Assembly (NCBI GenBank): GCA_028534125.1
Contig: CM052832.1
Span: 18,726,001-18,790,000, forward strand
Length of the DNA: 64,000 nucleotides
Origin: Lama glama
Lineage: Eukaryota
Direction of reading: 5' to 3'
The notes below the pieces were generated by a model, which was not told where the DNA came from, ran no database searches, and saw nothing but the letters and a program-made list of their open reading frames with translations. A program made the translations under genes and the position numbers. Shown here piece after piece: positions 14,191 through 26,835 of this stretch. Position 1 is the stretch's first letter. Each line of letters begins with the position of its first letter.

Positions 14191-15071
14191 CCAGATGAGT
14201 TAAGCCAGTGCTCAAACTGAGAATGCCTTAAGCCACTCACACCCCAGGCAAGTTTAGAGAAACAGCAGCCTGCCCGCCAGCGAATCCTAACCCTTCACTT
14301 TCTATAGACGCATGTCTCAAACCAAATCTTACCTCTTCACTATGAAAATTTTAAACTCCTAGTTTCTATGACTTATGAAAAATGCAGGCTTGAAAATCAG
14401 AGTCTCCCAGAAAACAACATCTAAATTATCTCTGGTGCTAAAATGAAGAGGCAGGAAGCTAACTCACGGATAAGCATCTGTCCATATGGCTGCTTTGAAC
14501 TTACAAAAAATCCCCAACCCACCATCTTATTTCCCCTAGTAACAGATCAAAACTTGCCCCCTCCTCACCAAGCCTTATGAAAACTAACAGATTTCACTTT
14601 GATTTCATTTTGCTTCCATATAAATCTGCCCAAAAACTCATCTAGAAAATGAACATTAACTATCATAACTCAACCCAACCAACTCTACCTTGGTAATGTT
14701 TTCCTAAATGTTCTGGAAGGGAAGCTTTGTGGAGATGGGAGGCAAGATAGAAACATAAAATCTGCTGTCTGCAGCTGTGCAAATGTAACTTCAACCGTTC
14801 TGCCAGCAGAATGAGTGTGACTGAAGGCTCCACTAAACGTATCTTTCTGTTTATCATTGAGAATTGCCTGAAGCAACTGAAAACATGAGGAAGTACTTCT
14901 CTGAAGCATCTCACATTACAAACTTTATAAAATGTTCTGTGGATCTTTTATAGGAAAATATCTCCCCAAGAAATAACATGTATGCAGCTCACCAGTATAA
15001 CAGAGAAACAAATGGGTTTAAAAAAAAACTATCAGGTTTTTGAAATTCAACAAAGCTAAGCAACAGCTTCA

Positions 15072-15176
<105 letters not shown>

Positions 15177-18100
15177 TTACGTAAAAATGCCCTTACGATA
15201 GCTATACTGGCGCAGTATAGCTATTAAAAATTCATTCAAATTCATGAGTTAATTTCTGTTATTGACAAACACCACATCCAGCTAAATCTCTTTCAACCCC
15301 GAGACAGCAATTATATTCTCTAGGACAGATCTTCAGTATGACGTGAGCAGAACTCCTAAAAGCTGAAGCTGAAGTACCTCTAGGGATTCTGATTCCTATT
15401 TCCAAAGGCAGCGCTGTTTGCTTGGAGAACCTCCTTGCTCTAAGAGAAATCATATGTCTAATTCCATACTAACGAGTCTTGTTTCTTTAGACTGCGCCTT
15501 TATAAATTCTTTAACCATTGAGTATGTCATACAGTCTCTAGCTGGAGGAGTTTATATTGCAAGCAATGACAGAGTCTGATCTGATAAAAAGTGATGCTGG
15601 ATGAGATCTCCAGTGCTTATTAGTAAACATCCTACAACCCATTTGGTAGCTTTCTTAAGGCTCTTAGTATTGATTACACACATGATCTAGCCCAAGTGTA
15701 TTTTTGTCTTAATGTTTCATACAGGCTCTTCAGCCATGGAGCGAAGCTATTTGCATCAGAGATCACCACTGTTACACCAGCCTGATCTCGTACAACATGT
15801 CCCGAACTCATACCCAAGCCAAACAGCAGATAATTCCCTACCCATCAGACATATCACGCAGTTACACCATCAGAACTATGTTTCACTGCTGTGTTCAGCT
15901 ATAAAAATCCAGGGCTCTTTTAATGCCTATAGCATACATCCTCTCCTCTCTAAGTGCCCCCAGGTCCCCAGTCAGCACAATCCTTGCATCTCTATTTAGC
16001 ATTTATTTTGTTCTGTCTTGTACTATCGTTTGGTGCTTAAACATCTATCCTTTATCACCCCAGGTTGTAAGTTCTTGGAAAACCATCTCTCTACTTCAGT
16101 TTTGTGTCTTCAGTGAGGCAGTATCAGTTTTATCCTCAGGGCAAAAAAAGGAGCAAATACTCAAATGTTTACCAAAATAGAAATGAAAGGCAGGAGGTGG
16201 AAAGAGAGCTGAAAATCACTGCTATTTCAGCTTCAAGGTTCCAGGCCCCGTGCCAGGCACTTTACCTAGACCAGCTCATTTTCAAATCTCAAAGCCACCC
16301 TCAGAGGTGTTACTGTCTACATCTGACAGATGAAGAAATAGATGATGAGAGATCTACAGGGTAACAGGCCAAAGGGACAGAAGTACAACCAAAGCCCATT
16401 CTCTGAAGTACGGGTCTGCAGTTTCATGCAATTTGCTTTAAAAACATGAAGTAAGTGCCCACGGGTAATAGAGAAAATAACACAAACGCATTAGTCTCAG
16501 TCACGCGGTTCCACAAGCCATCCTTCCTACTGAAAATCCTCTTTTAAAAAAAAAACGAAAAAAGGTTTTAGATTAAAAAACAAGAACAACTTGTCCCCTA
16601 GTTGTTTCATGTCTTCACGCCCTTCATACCCCTCCGCAGACCAAGTGCTCAGAACAAATCCCAGCATCTCTCCCTGGGGTCTGAGGATGGTCGCAGCTTC
16701 TCTGAGAGTGAATTCCACCTTATAACAAAGGCGCCCAAAGCCCACGTCATTTGAGAGCCCTCTGCTGTGCTTCACCGTTCAGGAACCACGGCAAATCATT
16801 CTCATCTCATCTCTTGTGGACTTAATGTCAAGTAGTGACTACACTTCAGAACCTCTTTACTGTGTATTCTGTTCCGTCACTTGATTCGATTTGAAGCACA
16901 AGCTGGCTTTTGTCATAATGAGTTCATTTTCAAGAACTGAAGGGCACATCACTAATAAAACCAGGTTTTACATTAATGCAGTGGGAAGGACACCATCATT
17001 TCTACCTATGACACGCAAAAACTCTGAAAACAATATTCTGGTACACTAAAATCTAAAACTTAATGACACCAGAAATGTTTGGAGTACAATATTTAAATTT
17101 TAAAAATATACAGTATTCCAGGTGCATATTTGTGTGATTAGCGTCAATGACTGTAACTGGTAAAAATGACATATAAAATGATGGATATAAATGCTGACAA
17201 AAATAGACACTGATTATTTTTTTAAGGAGAAAAAGAAATGTAGCAAAATGCTATTAGGTGTACCTGGCTTGGGTGGTAGCATTAAAGGTGATACCAACTT
17301 TTTCTAACACAATTCTTGTGCTGTATTTTTAAATTTTTCTATAATGATCCATATTCACAATGTCAAACAGTTATATAATTAAATGTTCTATGGATGGCAT
17401 AAAGAAAATTTTGGTATAGAAAAAAAAATTGTCCATGAAGATGATGGAGACTTGTGCATGTTGGCATAGTGTGCCCACCACATCTCTCTAAATTATGTTA
17501 ATGCCTAGGCTTTTTAATGTTAAAAACTAATTAGAAACAGATAAACATATATCTTAATTCATTCTTAATAAACATTTATTTAGTACCTACTACGTCCTGG
17601 GTAGGATTATTAGGCTCAGAGAGAGGTTAAGGGATGAGGAAGGGGAGCTCCTGTTCCCCCTTTATACTCCAGCAGTGGAGAAAGATCCCTACTCAGCCAT
17701 CTGCAGCTTAATGGGAGACAGGCTGGAAAGGGAGCATGCTCAATGTGCCTGAAGAACACAGAAGGACATAAGTGCTTCAGCCCGGGGCAAATGGGAAAGG
17801 GTGCACAAATGGGAAAGACAGGAAGGGGCCAACCAGGCAAGAAAAAGGGAACAGAGTACTCTGACTAATTAGGAACAGCCTGTGCAAAGGCATCGGGACT
17901 CAAAATGCCCAGCAACTCCATCCATCCATGTAGCCAACAAGTTCCACCCCTTGTGCATCCATCACTAGGATGAGACAACATTGAACACAGCAAGGTGGTC
18001 CCTCCCCTTGTGATACTAAATGCCTAGCACAGCCTAGCAGAAGGCTCAGAAAAGAAAGGCAACTATAATAGAGTGAAATAATCTCTCTCATGGAGTATCA

Positions 18101-18239
18101 TAAGAGAGACGTTAATCATGAAAAGGCAGTCAGGAAAGATTCTTACAGGAAGTTATTGAGCCTGCTACATGAGAAAGTGGGATGAGACACACATTGCCAT
18201 TCCAGAAGAAATGGTCACCAGATCAAGGAACGGCTTTGT

Positions 18240-18900
18240 CCAGGAGTTTTTAGATCTGACACCAAAAGTATGATTTTTTTTTAAAAAATTGATAAACTGG
18301 ACTTTATCAAAATCAAAAATTTTTGCTCTGCAAGAGATGCTGTTAAGGGGAAGACAAACACACGCTTGGAGGAAATATTTGCAAGTCCCATTTCTGATGA
18401 AGGACTTGGTATCCAAAATGTATAAAGAACTCTCAGAAAGCAGTAAGAAACAATTCAATTTTTTTAAATGATATAAATAGGTACTTCATCAAAGAAGATA
18501 CATTGATGGCAAATAAGTATAAGAAAAGATGCTCAAAATTATTAGCCATTAGAGAAATGCAACTGAAAGCCAAAATGAGATGCTACTACAAACCTAATGA
18601 ATTGCTTAAAAAAAAACTGACAATATCAAGTGTTGACAAGGATGCAGAGTTCATTTCTTGAACCAAATGCTGAACATGGTGGTTACCTATACAACTATTT
18701 GCATTCTGGTACCTATCTGCACAATTTTTTCTAAGGAAATAAGAATGGCCCTAGCAGCATTGTTCATAATAGTCATTAAGCCAACCAAAATGTCCAACCA
18801 ATAGTAGAATGGATAAACTGTGGAATGTTCATACTTTAGAATATAAAACAGAAGCAAAAATGAATCAACTACAGCTACATACAACAACCTGCAAACCCTC
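18240..18900 (+). mobile_element. Ancient L1M ORF2-end fragment
   Basis: GATAAACTGGACTTTATCAAAATCAAAAATTTTTGCTCTGCAA...GGATAAACTGTGGAAT, homologous to the L1 at 130-1170. Confidence 0.85.
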
Positions 18901-20214
18901 AATTCTCAGGTACTTAAAAGCTCCCTGTTCTCTGATTGGGAGATGTTAAGTCTGAGAAGACCAAGCATCCAGGAAGCATTTTGACACGTACTTTCGGAAA
19001 ACTCAAAGTCTGAACTGAATGACATTCAGGATTCCCAGAATTTGTCACTCTGGAAACATCCAAGCCACCATGACACCCAGAACAAACATGGAGGCCAAGG
19101 CTCAGGCAGACCCAGGCCCAGAGATAACAAACAGTATCACAGATCTGATCAAAACTGATTTGGTCTCACTTAACTAGAAAACACACAAGACAGTACATAA
19201 CTAATTTTCTTTCTGGGAATTCATTTTCCTGGATGACTATCTTAGAGCATAATAAGCAAATGTTGGATAAATACTCAACTTGGCATTCACATTGGTTCTC
19301 CCAACTGCTGTGCTGATACCACCTCACTGCAAAGAACTCCCTGGGTTTCCTGATGGGATCTGTGTCACTCATGACCAGTTCTTTCCCATATTTTCTCTAA
19401 GTACTAATGTGATCATATTACATAATGTAGAAAATTTCCAAAGACCCATGCTCATCATCTTGACTGATTTTCTCATGGTGGTAAGTGGTTAGCAGCTTTC
19501 TGCCATCAGTTGATGGCATTTATTGTGTGTCCCACTGTTTTGATTTGACCTCCTAAGAGACTCTTCATTACCATGTGACTTTTCATCTGAAGTTAGCCTT
19601 GAAGAGATGAAGCAGTTTAGGGAAGACTTTCTTAAGTCTTGGCAACATGATAACAAAGAATTCTCATGTATGTTTCCGTGGGACTTCTACCATTTCTTTA
19701 AAGTAAGAGCCAAAATATTTTAAGAAGCCACACTTAAGGAAGGAAGACTTAGTGTTAATATCCTTTAGGACTACATGGCAGAATCATTTCTTACACTTTG
19801 CTGAATAGAGATGAGCTACTTGCCATTTCCTAATTTTTTCCTGATGTAAATTTATTACAAATAGAGCTGGGTTTTTTGTTTTGTTGGTGGTGGTGTTAAT
19901 TCAGCCACTGGTTGGGGTTTGTAATAAAAGTCAGGATCCTTATTTCTCTTCTCAGTTGATACCTCTGAATAATCCAAACTTTCCCTTAAAACTCAAAAGA
20001 TCCAAGTTTTTCACTTACAACTTTCCAGAAGAAAACATCAACATAAAACTGGACGAGATGGAAGCAACCCAGAAAAGACCAAACACTAGTCTCTGAGAAT
20101 CCAAATTTTTCCATAGTGCAGTCATTTTGTAACTCTAATTCTTTTTCTTTATTTAAGAAAACTAGTCACTTTATATAGTTGTTTATTTAAAAGATGGTAA
20201 GTCTTTTGGGATAT

Positions 20215-20470
20215 AAAAACAGCAAGCATTTATTTAAACAATTTTATGTACTAACGTGAAGTGTTCTACAAATATTAATCCATAGTCTTCACAATAACTC
20301 CAGGAGGGAGGCACTATCATTAACACCAATTTACAGATGGAAAAACCCCCACCCCAACCAAAGGCACAGAGAGGCTAGAAAGCCACCCATGGTCACAAAG
20401 TCAGTCTGGACAGAGACAGGATTCAAACCCAGGCAGTGTGACCATGACCTGGTTGTCTCAACGACTGTGC
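20215..20470 (-). mobile_element. MIR SINE
   Basis: ATTTACAGATGG...AGGCACAGAGAGG...GGATTCAAACCCAGGCAGT. Confidence 0.8.
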
Positions 20471-23400
20471 TGTCATCTCACTAATGAGTAATCTGCTTTC
20501 CATATTGTCAAGAGTCTTCAACCTACTCTATGGGGAAATCCAGGATGGTAAATCCATGGGATTTCAGATTAAAAATTTCAAACTGCTTTCATCACATTCA
20601 ACCGACCACTTAGTTTGTAATTTGGAAGCCAACAGTAAGATGGATTCTGAGGTTATTTCTCAAATAATGATTGTGCTTTTGTTCCTTTGGACATCAAAAA
20701 TAAATTAGTATTTGGGAGCTAGTAAAAGAAATTAAAGTGCAAAAACAAAGAAGCTGGCAAACAATTTGGAGTCTCAATCACTTGCCAAATTCTTTGCTAC
20801 TCTAGGTTTTAGATAGTCTATTGAATTAGAATTTCTTACCTAATCTTTCCCCTCTACGTGACTTCATAGGAATTTAATTTTTCCAGTTATTATTTTTGGG
20901 CCAAATTTCCCTCCTTGCTCCTTTGCCCCTGTCTGCCTCTCTCCCTGAAACTGTAAAAACACTGTGGCTTTTAAATGGACAATGTGAAATACTCCAGGAT
21001 CGTGTTAGTGAGCAAAACTAACTGACAGATTTGAAGGATACCTAGCAAGCCCTATAATGCACACTGAGAGAACACAAAGGTAGAGGGTAATAACCAATGA
21101 ACATCGTGATTTTCGGTAGTCTATCCCCATCCCACAGGAGGGAAGAGTTTCCTCTAATAAATCTTACAAACACGTCAAAGTTCAAAGGAGGTGTTTCATG
21201 CAAGAATGTAGAGTCTCGTCACTCTCCTCAGAATCACAGCAGTATCTTCCTGAGCCATTCATTTGATAGCCTTTCTGGGGATAATTTAGACTTTTCCCCT
21301 TGATATCTAGTTTGAAAATGAGAGTTGGAGACCTTTAAAAAATGTAATATGTCACAGACTACCAATGCATCCTGATATTGATATGATATTTATATGATTA
21401 GTTGGATCAAACTCCATGAAGGACGTGACAGCCTGAAACACTTTGCAGATGAGGACACAATCAATCAGTCTCTAAAGTTGCCGATCATTCACTCCTAACT
21501 GAAAAGTACCTTGAACACACATCTCCCCTAAATCTGTGTGTTTACAAATGACATACATGTGCTATTGCACTAATATATTGGGCTCAGTGAAAAAAACATA
21601 CACACACCTACTAAAATGATAAAAATAAGCATAAAACCAGTTCTACAATGTTCTCCACATTCCTCAATAGATCATCATCAACTGTGTTCACCACCTGGTC
21701 CATCTGACCCGGGCTGGAGATCACTGTTTGACAGAATTATTTACAGAAATTTTGGAATGGTAACAGAAGCTCACTCTAGTCACACCTGATCCCACACTCG
21801 CAAGAGCATGTCTTCCTTTTTAAACGAGAGCAGGAATCATGGGATGGCCTTAGATTAGGAAAGAATCACACCAGTGCCTGCAGGACAACCTTGACAAACA
21901 TTAATCCACACTCAAAACTCTTCTCTGAAAATATCAGGTGCATGAATGTCACCTTCATGGGTAAGAAATATGACAACACAGAACATGAGTCTGAAGGGAA
22001 TGACCTGCTTGGCTGGGCTCTCATGAGCCAAGTTTAAGCTCAGTGATGCATGTTGCTGAGTCTTTAGAGGATGGATAAGATGAGCTTTTTTAAAAAAATC
22101 TACAGGGAACAAGAAAAATCAATGCATTTCAAGCTATCTCTTCTCTTCTCCTCGGCACCACCACCTCTACCCCCATCATTCCCTGCCACTCCAAATTATA
22201 GTGTAATTACATTTTTAACATGTCGGCTCACACACCTTTGAGAGATCCCACGAGAAACATGTAACAAAATATTTTTCAATCCATGCATGTTTCTGGCCCA
22301 CTGATAACCTAAACTAGGACAAGTTTTAAGAATTGATTTAAGTAAAATTTTGGAAGCTATAAATAACAACTGAATGGGCATTTTCCAAGTACTTCCTAAT
22401 TCCTATCCTTCCCCAGAGACTAAGTGGATGGGTCCAGCATGACCACTGTTATCCTCACACCCTAGTGATTATTCACCAACAACAGGGTCCCTAGTCCTAC
22501 ATTTAGTTCTGATAGAGCCACAGTTCATTGGTTATAATCAATTAACTATTAATCAGTTACAGCCTTCAAGGTGCTTGTAAATCTACCTTGAAGGTCCTAG
22601 GAAGACCCTAAGGGTTCTAGCGAGGTTGCAAAATATACAGAAACAGAGAGGCTGGTCTATAGTGAAGAGAGAACAGTACACTCATAAGCCTCAGTATGAT
22701 GTATATGCGTCTCCATTTCTCATGTTATGAGGGTCTACAGGCCACGTGATAGAAGGGTTCGAGTACTGTAACACTGGGTGTGTCTCCACAGAAGAGCATA
22801 TCCCAGGCAAACCAGAGAGGTGAGGACATTAGCAGGGTCTTGATTAGAGCAATGCAAGGGCACCTTTTCCCAAATCTATCTCCTGGGTGTGGTGATGGGG
22901 TCACATAGAGATTACTGTTTCCTCCATCTCCATGCTCCAGATGATAAAGCTGCTCCCCAAAAAGTTTGGTTCTCCCTGTTAACCAGACCTGCAACGTTAA
23001 CATCAATGCCACACACATAACCCAAACTTCCCACTTTGGACATGAACTGGTCCTGGAAAATGGTAATTATAAACCCCTGGGAGCAAAAAGGCAACGCCCT
23101 GGGTGAGCCAGACAGTATCGAGCCATGGACTAGAGTGGGTAACATAGAGCAAAACTGGGTGAAGAATGCTAACATAGCAACAATGGCCAAACTGAGTACA
23201 GGGAAGAAAGTATTCGGACTTTTAAAAATTAATCCCCTCAACCTCCCAGGATTCTGGTCTGCTCCCCTAGACTGTTCAGTTTCTCTTGCAAATCTTTTAC
23301 TCTGAGCCACTGGTTTGACTGCAGAGTACCATAAACAAGCAGAAAAAACAGCACGAACAAGACACAGAGTCCAGCCCTCAGGGAACTTCCATTCCAGGAG

Positions 23401-24234
23401 CACTAAAGACCTTAAGGACTTAAGAATGGATGGTTTTGCTACGATGACTAATTAAAATGGGGAGAAAGAATAGAATGAGACATAAAGCTCTGAATGCCGG
23501 CCCATCAGGAGAGTTTGCAGACTGACTATATGAAATGTGTAACAGCTTTCTAGAAGGAGGTCTGGCTGAAAAGATCAGGTTCAGGGACATATACATATAA
23601 ATGAATGCAGGATCTCATTTTCATAAATGTAAATAGTAAACAAAATTGTTATTTGTATCTGAATTATGTTCAAATAGAGATACATGGGAGCCCATTGCCA
23701 CAGTGGGAAGATTTATCCATACATACGAGCATTACTGCCCCTATTTTCTAGCAAATTTCAGCTCAACACATGGCCGATTTAATCTCTCCTCTTGCACCTC
23801 TTAATTCCTCCATTCTCTTCTCCCTAACTTACACTCCAATGAGAAAAACATCAACCTGGCTTTTTGTAAAACCTCTCAAATGACCCACGTCACACTCAAA
23901 TTCTGCCACTATGAATCCTTCCAAATGACTGTGCCATTAAAGTACAGACTGTTCCTTCACGGAAAAGCACGCTCATTCTAATACAGAGAACGTTCACCCA
24001 ATACATTTGTTGCAACTTGGTTAGAAAAATACTGTTAATACAGGCCATCTAACAGGACTGGGAACAGCCTCTTTACACAGAAGCTGGCTCTAATTTTAAC
24101 AGTAAAAACCATGGTGGGGATGGGAACAAATCCTTAAGAAAGAAGAGATAAACTTTAAAGATTAAGGTGATTAAGATAGAGCTCTGAAAAGAATCCAAGT
24201 ACTTAGACATTAGCAGGAGAGATGGCATCTAGAG

Positions 24235-24480
24235 CACTGGTCCTCATTTTTATTAATCAAGCCCACTGCAGTTAAAAAAAAAAAAAAGGTTTTGAGAGCT
24301 CTAATTTTTCAATATTCAGTTATTACGTACTAAATGTACAATAGCCATGTGTTAGATTTATGTTATAAAATACAGAAATTTTCAAGAGTCAAACAGTAGA
24401 TATAAATAGATGTTCTGATGTTTTTGTAGCTCATCTTGCATTTTCCTTTGGTTACATACATTCCACATTGATGGCCACTG
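24235..24480. mobile_element. hAT-Charlie MITE (MER112-like)
   Basis: CACTGGTC...GGCCACTG TIR remnants; 8-bp TSD ATCTAGAG/ATCTAGAC. Confidence 0.65.
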
Positions 24481-24488
24481 ATCTAGAC

Positions 24489-24689
24489 CAGAAGTCAGTA
24501 AGCTACAGCCCACAAGGTATATTTCTGCAAATAAAGTTTTATTGAAACACAATCATACCCATTCAGTTACACAGAGTCTAGACCTGCTTTCAAGCTGCAA
24601 CAGCGGTGATGCTCAACAGTGACCGTCTGGCTCATAAAGCCTAAAATATTTACTATCTGACCCTTCACAAAAAACATTTCCAATGTCTG
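24489..24689. mobile_element. hAT-Charlie MITE (MER58A-like)
   Basis: AAATAAAGTTTTATTGAAACACA...AAAGCCTAAAATATTTACTATCTG hallmarks; TSD ATCTAGAC/ATCTAGAG. Confidence 0.85.
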
Positions 24690-24990
24690 ATCTAGAGTCT
24701 CAGTGATGAAAAAAGTCCTGCCAGCTCTTGATCAAGTAAGAAAAGTAGATGATTGTGATCCACCTCACTAATGCAGGGTTTACTGAGAAAATAAAATTTC
24801 TCCAGCTAAGAAATTTAGAAAAATCTACTTGTAGGAAAGTTCAACATTTTGACAAAGCTTCTCCATCTTGGATAATTTTCTACATATTTCAAGCAACTGT
24901 ATTAAGTAGCTTCTCTAGAGATAGCTTCCCACAGCCAACAGATTAATCACCAAATTCAGCACAAGGGATTAACTGGAAAGTTTAGCACTG

Positions 24991-25096
24991 GGGTGGTGGA
25001 GGGTAGAACAGCTCAGTGGTAGAGCCCATGCTTAGCATGCATGAGGTCCTAGGTTCAATCCCCAGTACTTCCATTTAAAAAAAAAAAAAGGAAAAG
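24991..25096 (+). mobile_element. tRNA-derived SINE (camelid vic-1-like)
   Basis: A box AGCTCAGTGGTAGAG, B box GGTTCAATCCC, poly(A); 13-bp TSD AAGTWTAGCACTG. Confidence 0.88.
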
Positions 25097-25215
25097 AAGT
25101 ATAGCACTGATGCTATGTATAACCTATTGATGGCATAAAAATGATGAAGGATGTACAAAGAAGGAAAGCTGGAGAAACACCTCAGGCTGCCCTACATGTC
25201 TTTACTCCTATAGAC

Positions 25216-26835
25216 CAGATGTTCTCCAAATACGGTCCACGGACCCCTGGAGGACCCTGAGATTCACTTGGGAGGTTCACAAGTTCAAGACAGTTTTCAT
25301 AATGATACTAAAACAAGTCTGTCCTTTTCATCATGTTGCCACCTGCGAGGATGGTGCAACAGTAACAGGGGAGAAAACCGCTGGTACCCTAGCACAAAGC
25401 AAGGCAGCAGCGCCACGCTGTGCAAATATTACTGAACCCGCCACTGCTGCACAAACAACACCAACTTCATTTACAAACATCCTTGACGAAAAAGTAAAGA
25501 GTTATTTTTGTTAAATCTCAGCCCTTGAGTTCATACATTGTAAATACTCTGTATAACAAGACAGAAGTAGATGAGGAGTTTGGGATTAACAGATACACAT
25601 TACTATATATAAAGTAGATAAACAACAAGGACCTACTGTATAGCTCAGGGAACTATATTCAGTTTCTTGTAATGAGCTGTAATGGACAAGAATCTGAATA
25701 TATATATATATATCTGAGTCACTTTGCTGTACACCTGAAACTAACATTGTGAATCAACTACATTTCAACAAAAAATAGGAATTAAAAAAAAATGTAGACA
25801 CAATATGCTTCTTCCATATACCAAAGTGGTACCTGTCTCAATGTAAAGAATTTTCTATGACAGTTGGAGTTATTAGAACTAGCTCTCTTTTTTCATGAAA
25901 CACCATGAAAAGGTGACAAAGTACAATTATTGAGACTTGGGGTTTAGCAAATATTTTCTCTAAAATGCACGAAGATAGCCAGTTATTTCAAGGAAATCAC
26001 CTGCTAATACTTTTTTCCAAGGGTAAATTTATAACTTGAAAGCCAAAGTTTGAATTTTGGGCAACTTTTATCTGCCACTATGAGCTTTGCAAGCTTTGCT
26101 GTCCTTAAAGATCTTTTGATAAGATCAGTAGTGACAGTTTAAAAATGTTTTTCCTCACTGTACAACAGCAAAATAGTTGGATGTTATGCGTAACTCAATG
26201 AACCAGTATTTCCTAAATGACCAAGGCAAGATTCTACAAAAACATCTACAGGTAAAATATTCAAAGCACAAGATGGACCAAATGGACTATAATGTAACAA
26301 AATACAAAAAAGTTCACTGATAACGATTTCAGACTTCACACTGCAACTGATCTGTAAGAAACCCATCATGTGCTGAGTTGGGTTGAAGTATCAAAAAAGA
26401 ATATCAGAAATTATGTGAAAAGACTATTAAAAATAGTCCCTTTTCTAACTACAGATCTGCATTTGGTTGGATTTTCTTTCTAATTCTTCAGACGAGACAA
26501 CATACAGTAACAGAGTGAGTGCAGAAGCAGCTATGAGAATTCAGCTATCTTCTATTAAGTCAGAAATTACAGTGATCTGCCGAAAAAGGTAAAATGATGC
26601 AATTCTTCTCACTGACTGATTTTTGTTTTGGAAAAGAGCTATTTTTCAGAAGAATGGTATCAATGTTAGCCTGGAATTGGTGGATTAACATTACTTTTCA
26701 AGGAACATAAATTTTTCATTTTCATTTTCATTTCCAACAAGATAAATACCAAAAGGTATAACCCACAAAAATAAAAGCACAACCATTTTCAAGAATGGCA
26801 AAAGATCCTAGGACCAAAAGCATCCAGACCTGATA
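25216..26835. mobile_element. Charlie1a-like hAT DNA transposon, interrupted by an L1 tail
   Basis: Start CAG..TTCTCCAAA..GGTCCACGGACCCCTGGAGGACCCTGAGA matches recalled Charlie1 terminus; degenerate TSD CTATAGAC/CTGTAGGC. Confidence 0.8.
25570..25792 (+). mobile_element. L1 3' tail nested in Charlie1a-like element
   Basis: AACAACAAGGACCTACTGTATAGC...CTTTGCTGTACACCTGAAACTAAC + A tail. Confidence 0.85.

Noticed and set aside
22912..23403. 163-aa minus-strand ORF overlapping an 89-aa plus-strand ORF
   Set aside because: Non-ATG starts, no recognisable domain, and part overlaps L2-like sequence; consistent with chance.
24991..25096. tRNA-like sequences (also at 29460, 34024, 34928, 40818, 54582) as tRNA genes
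   Set aside because: They have A-rich tails, mostly clear TSDs and diverged stems, so they are tRNA-derived SINE copies.
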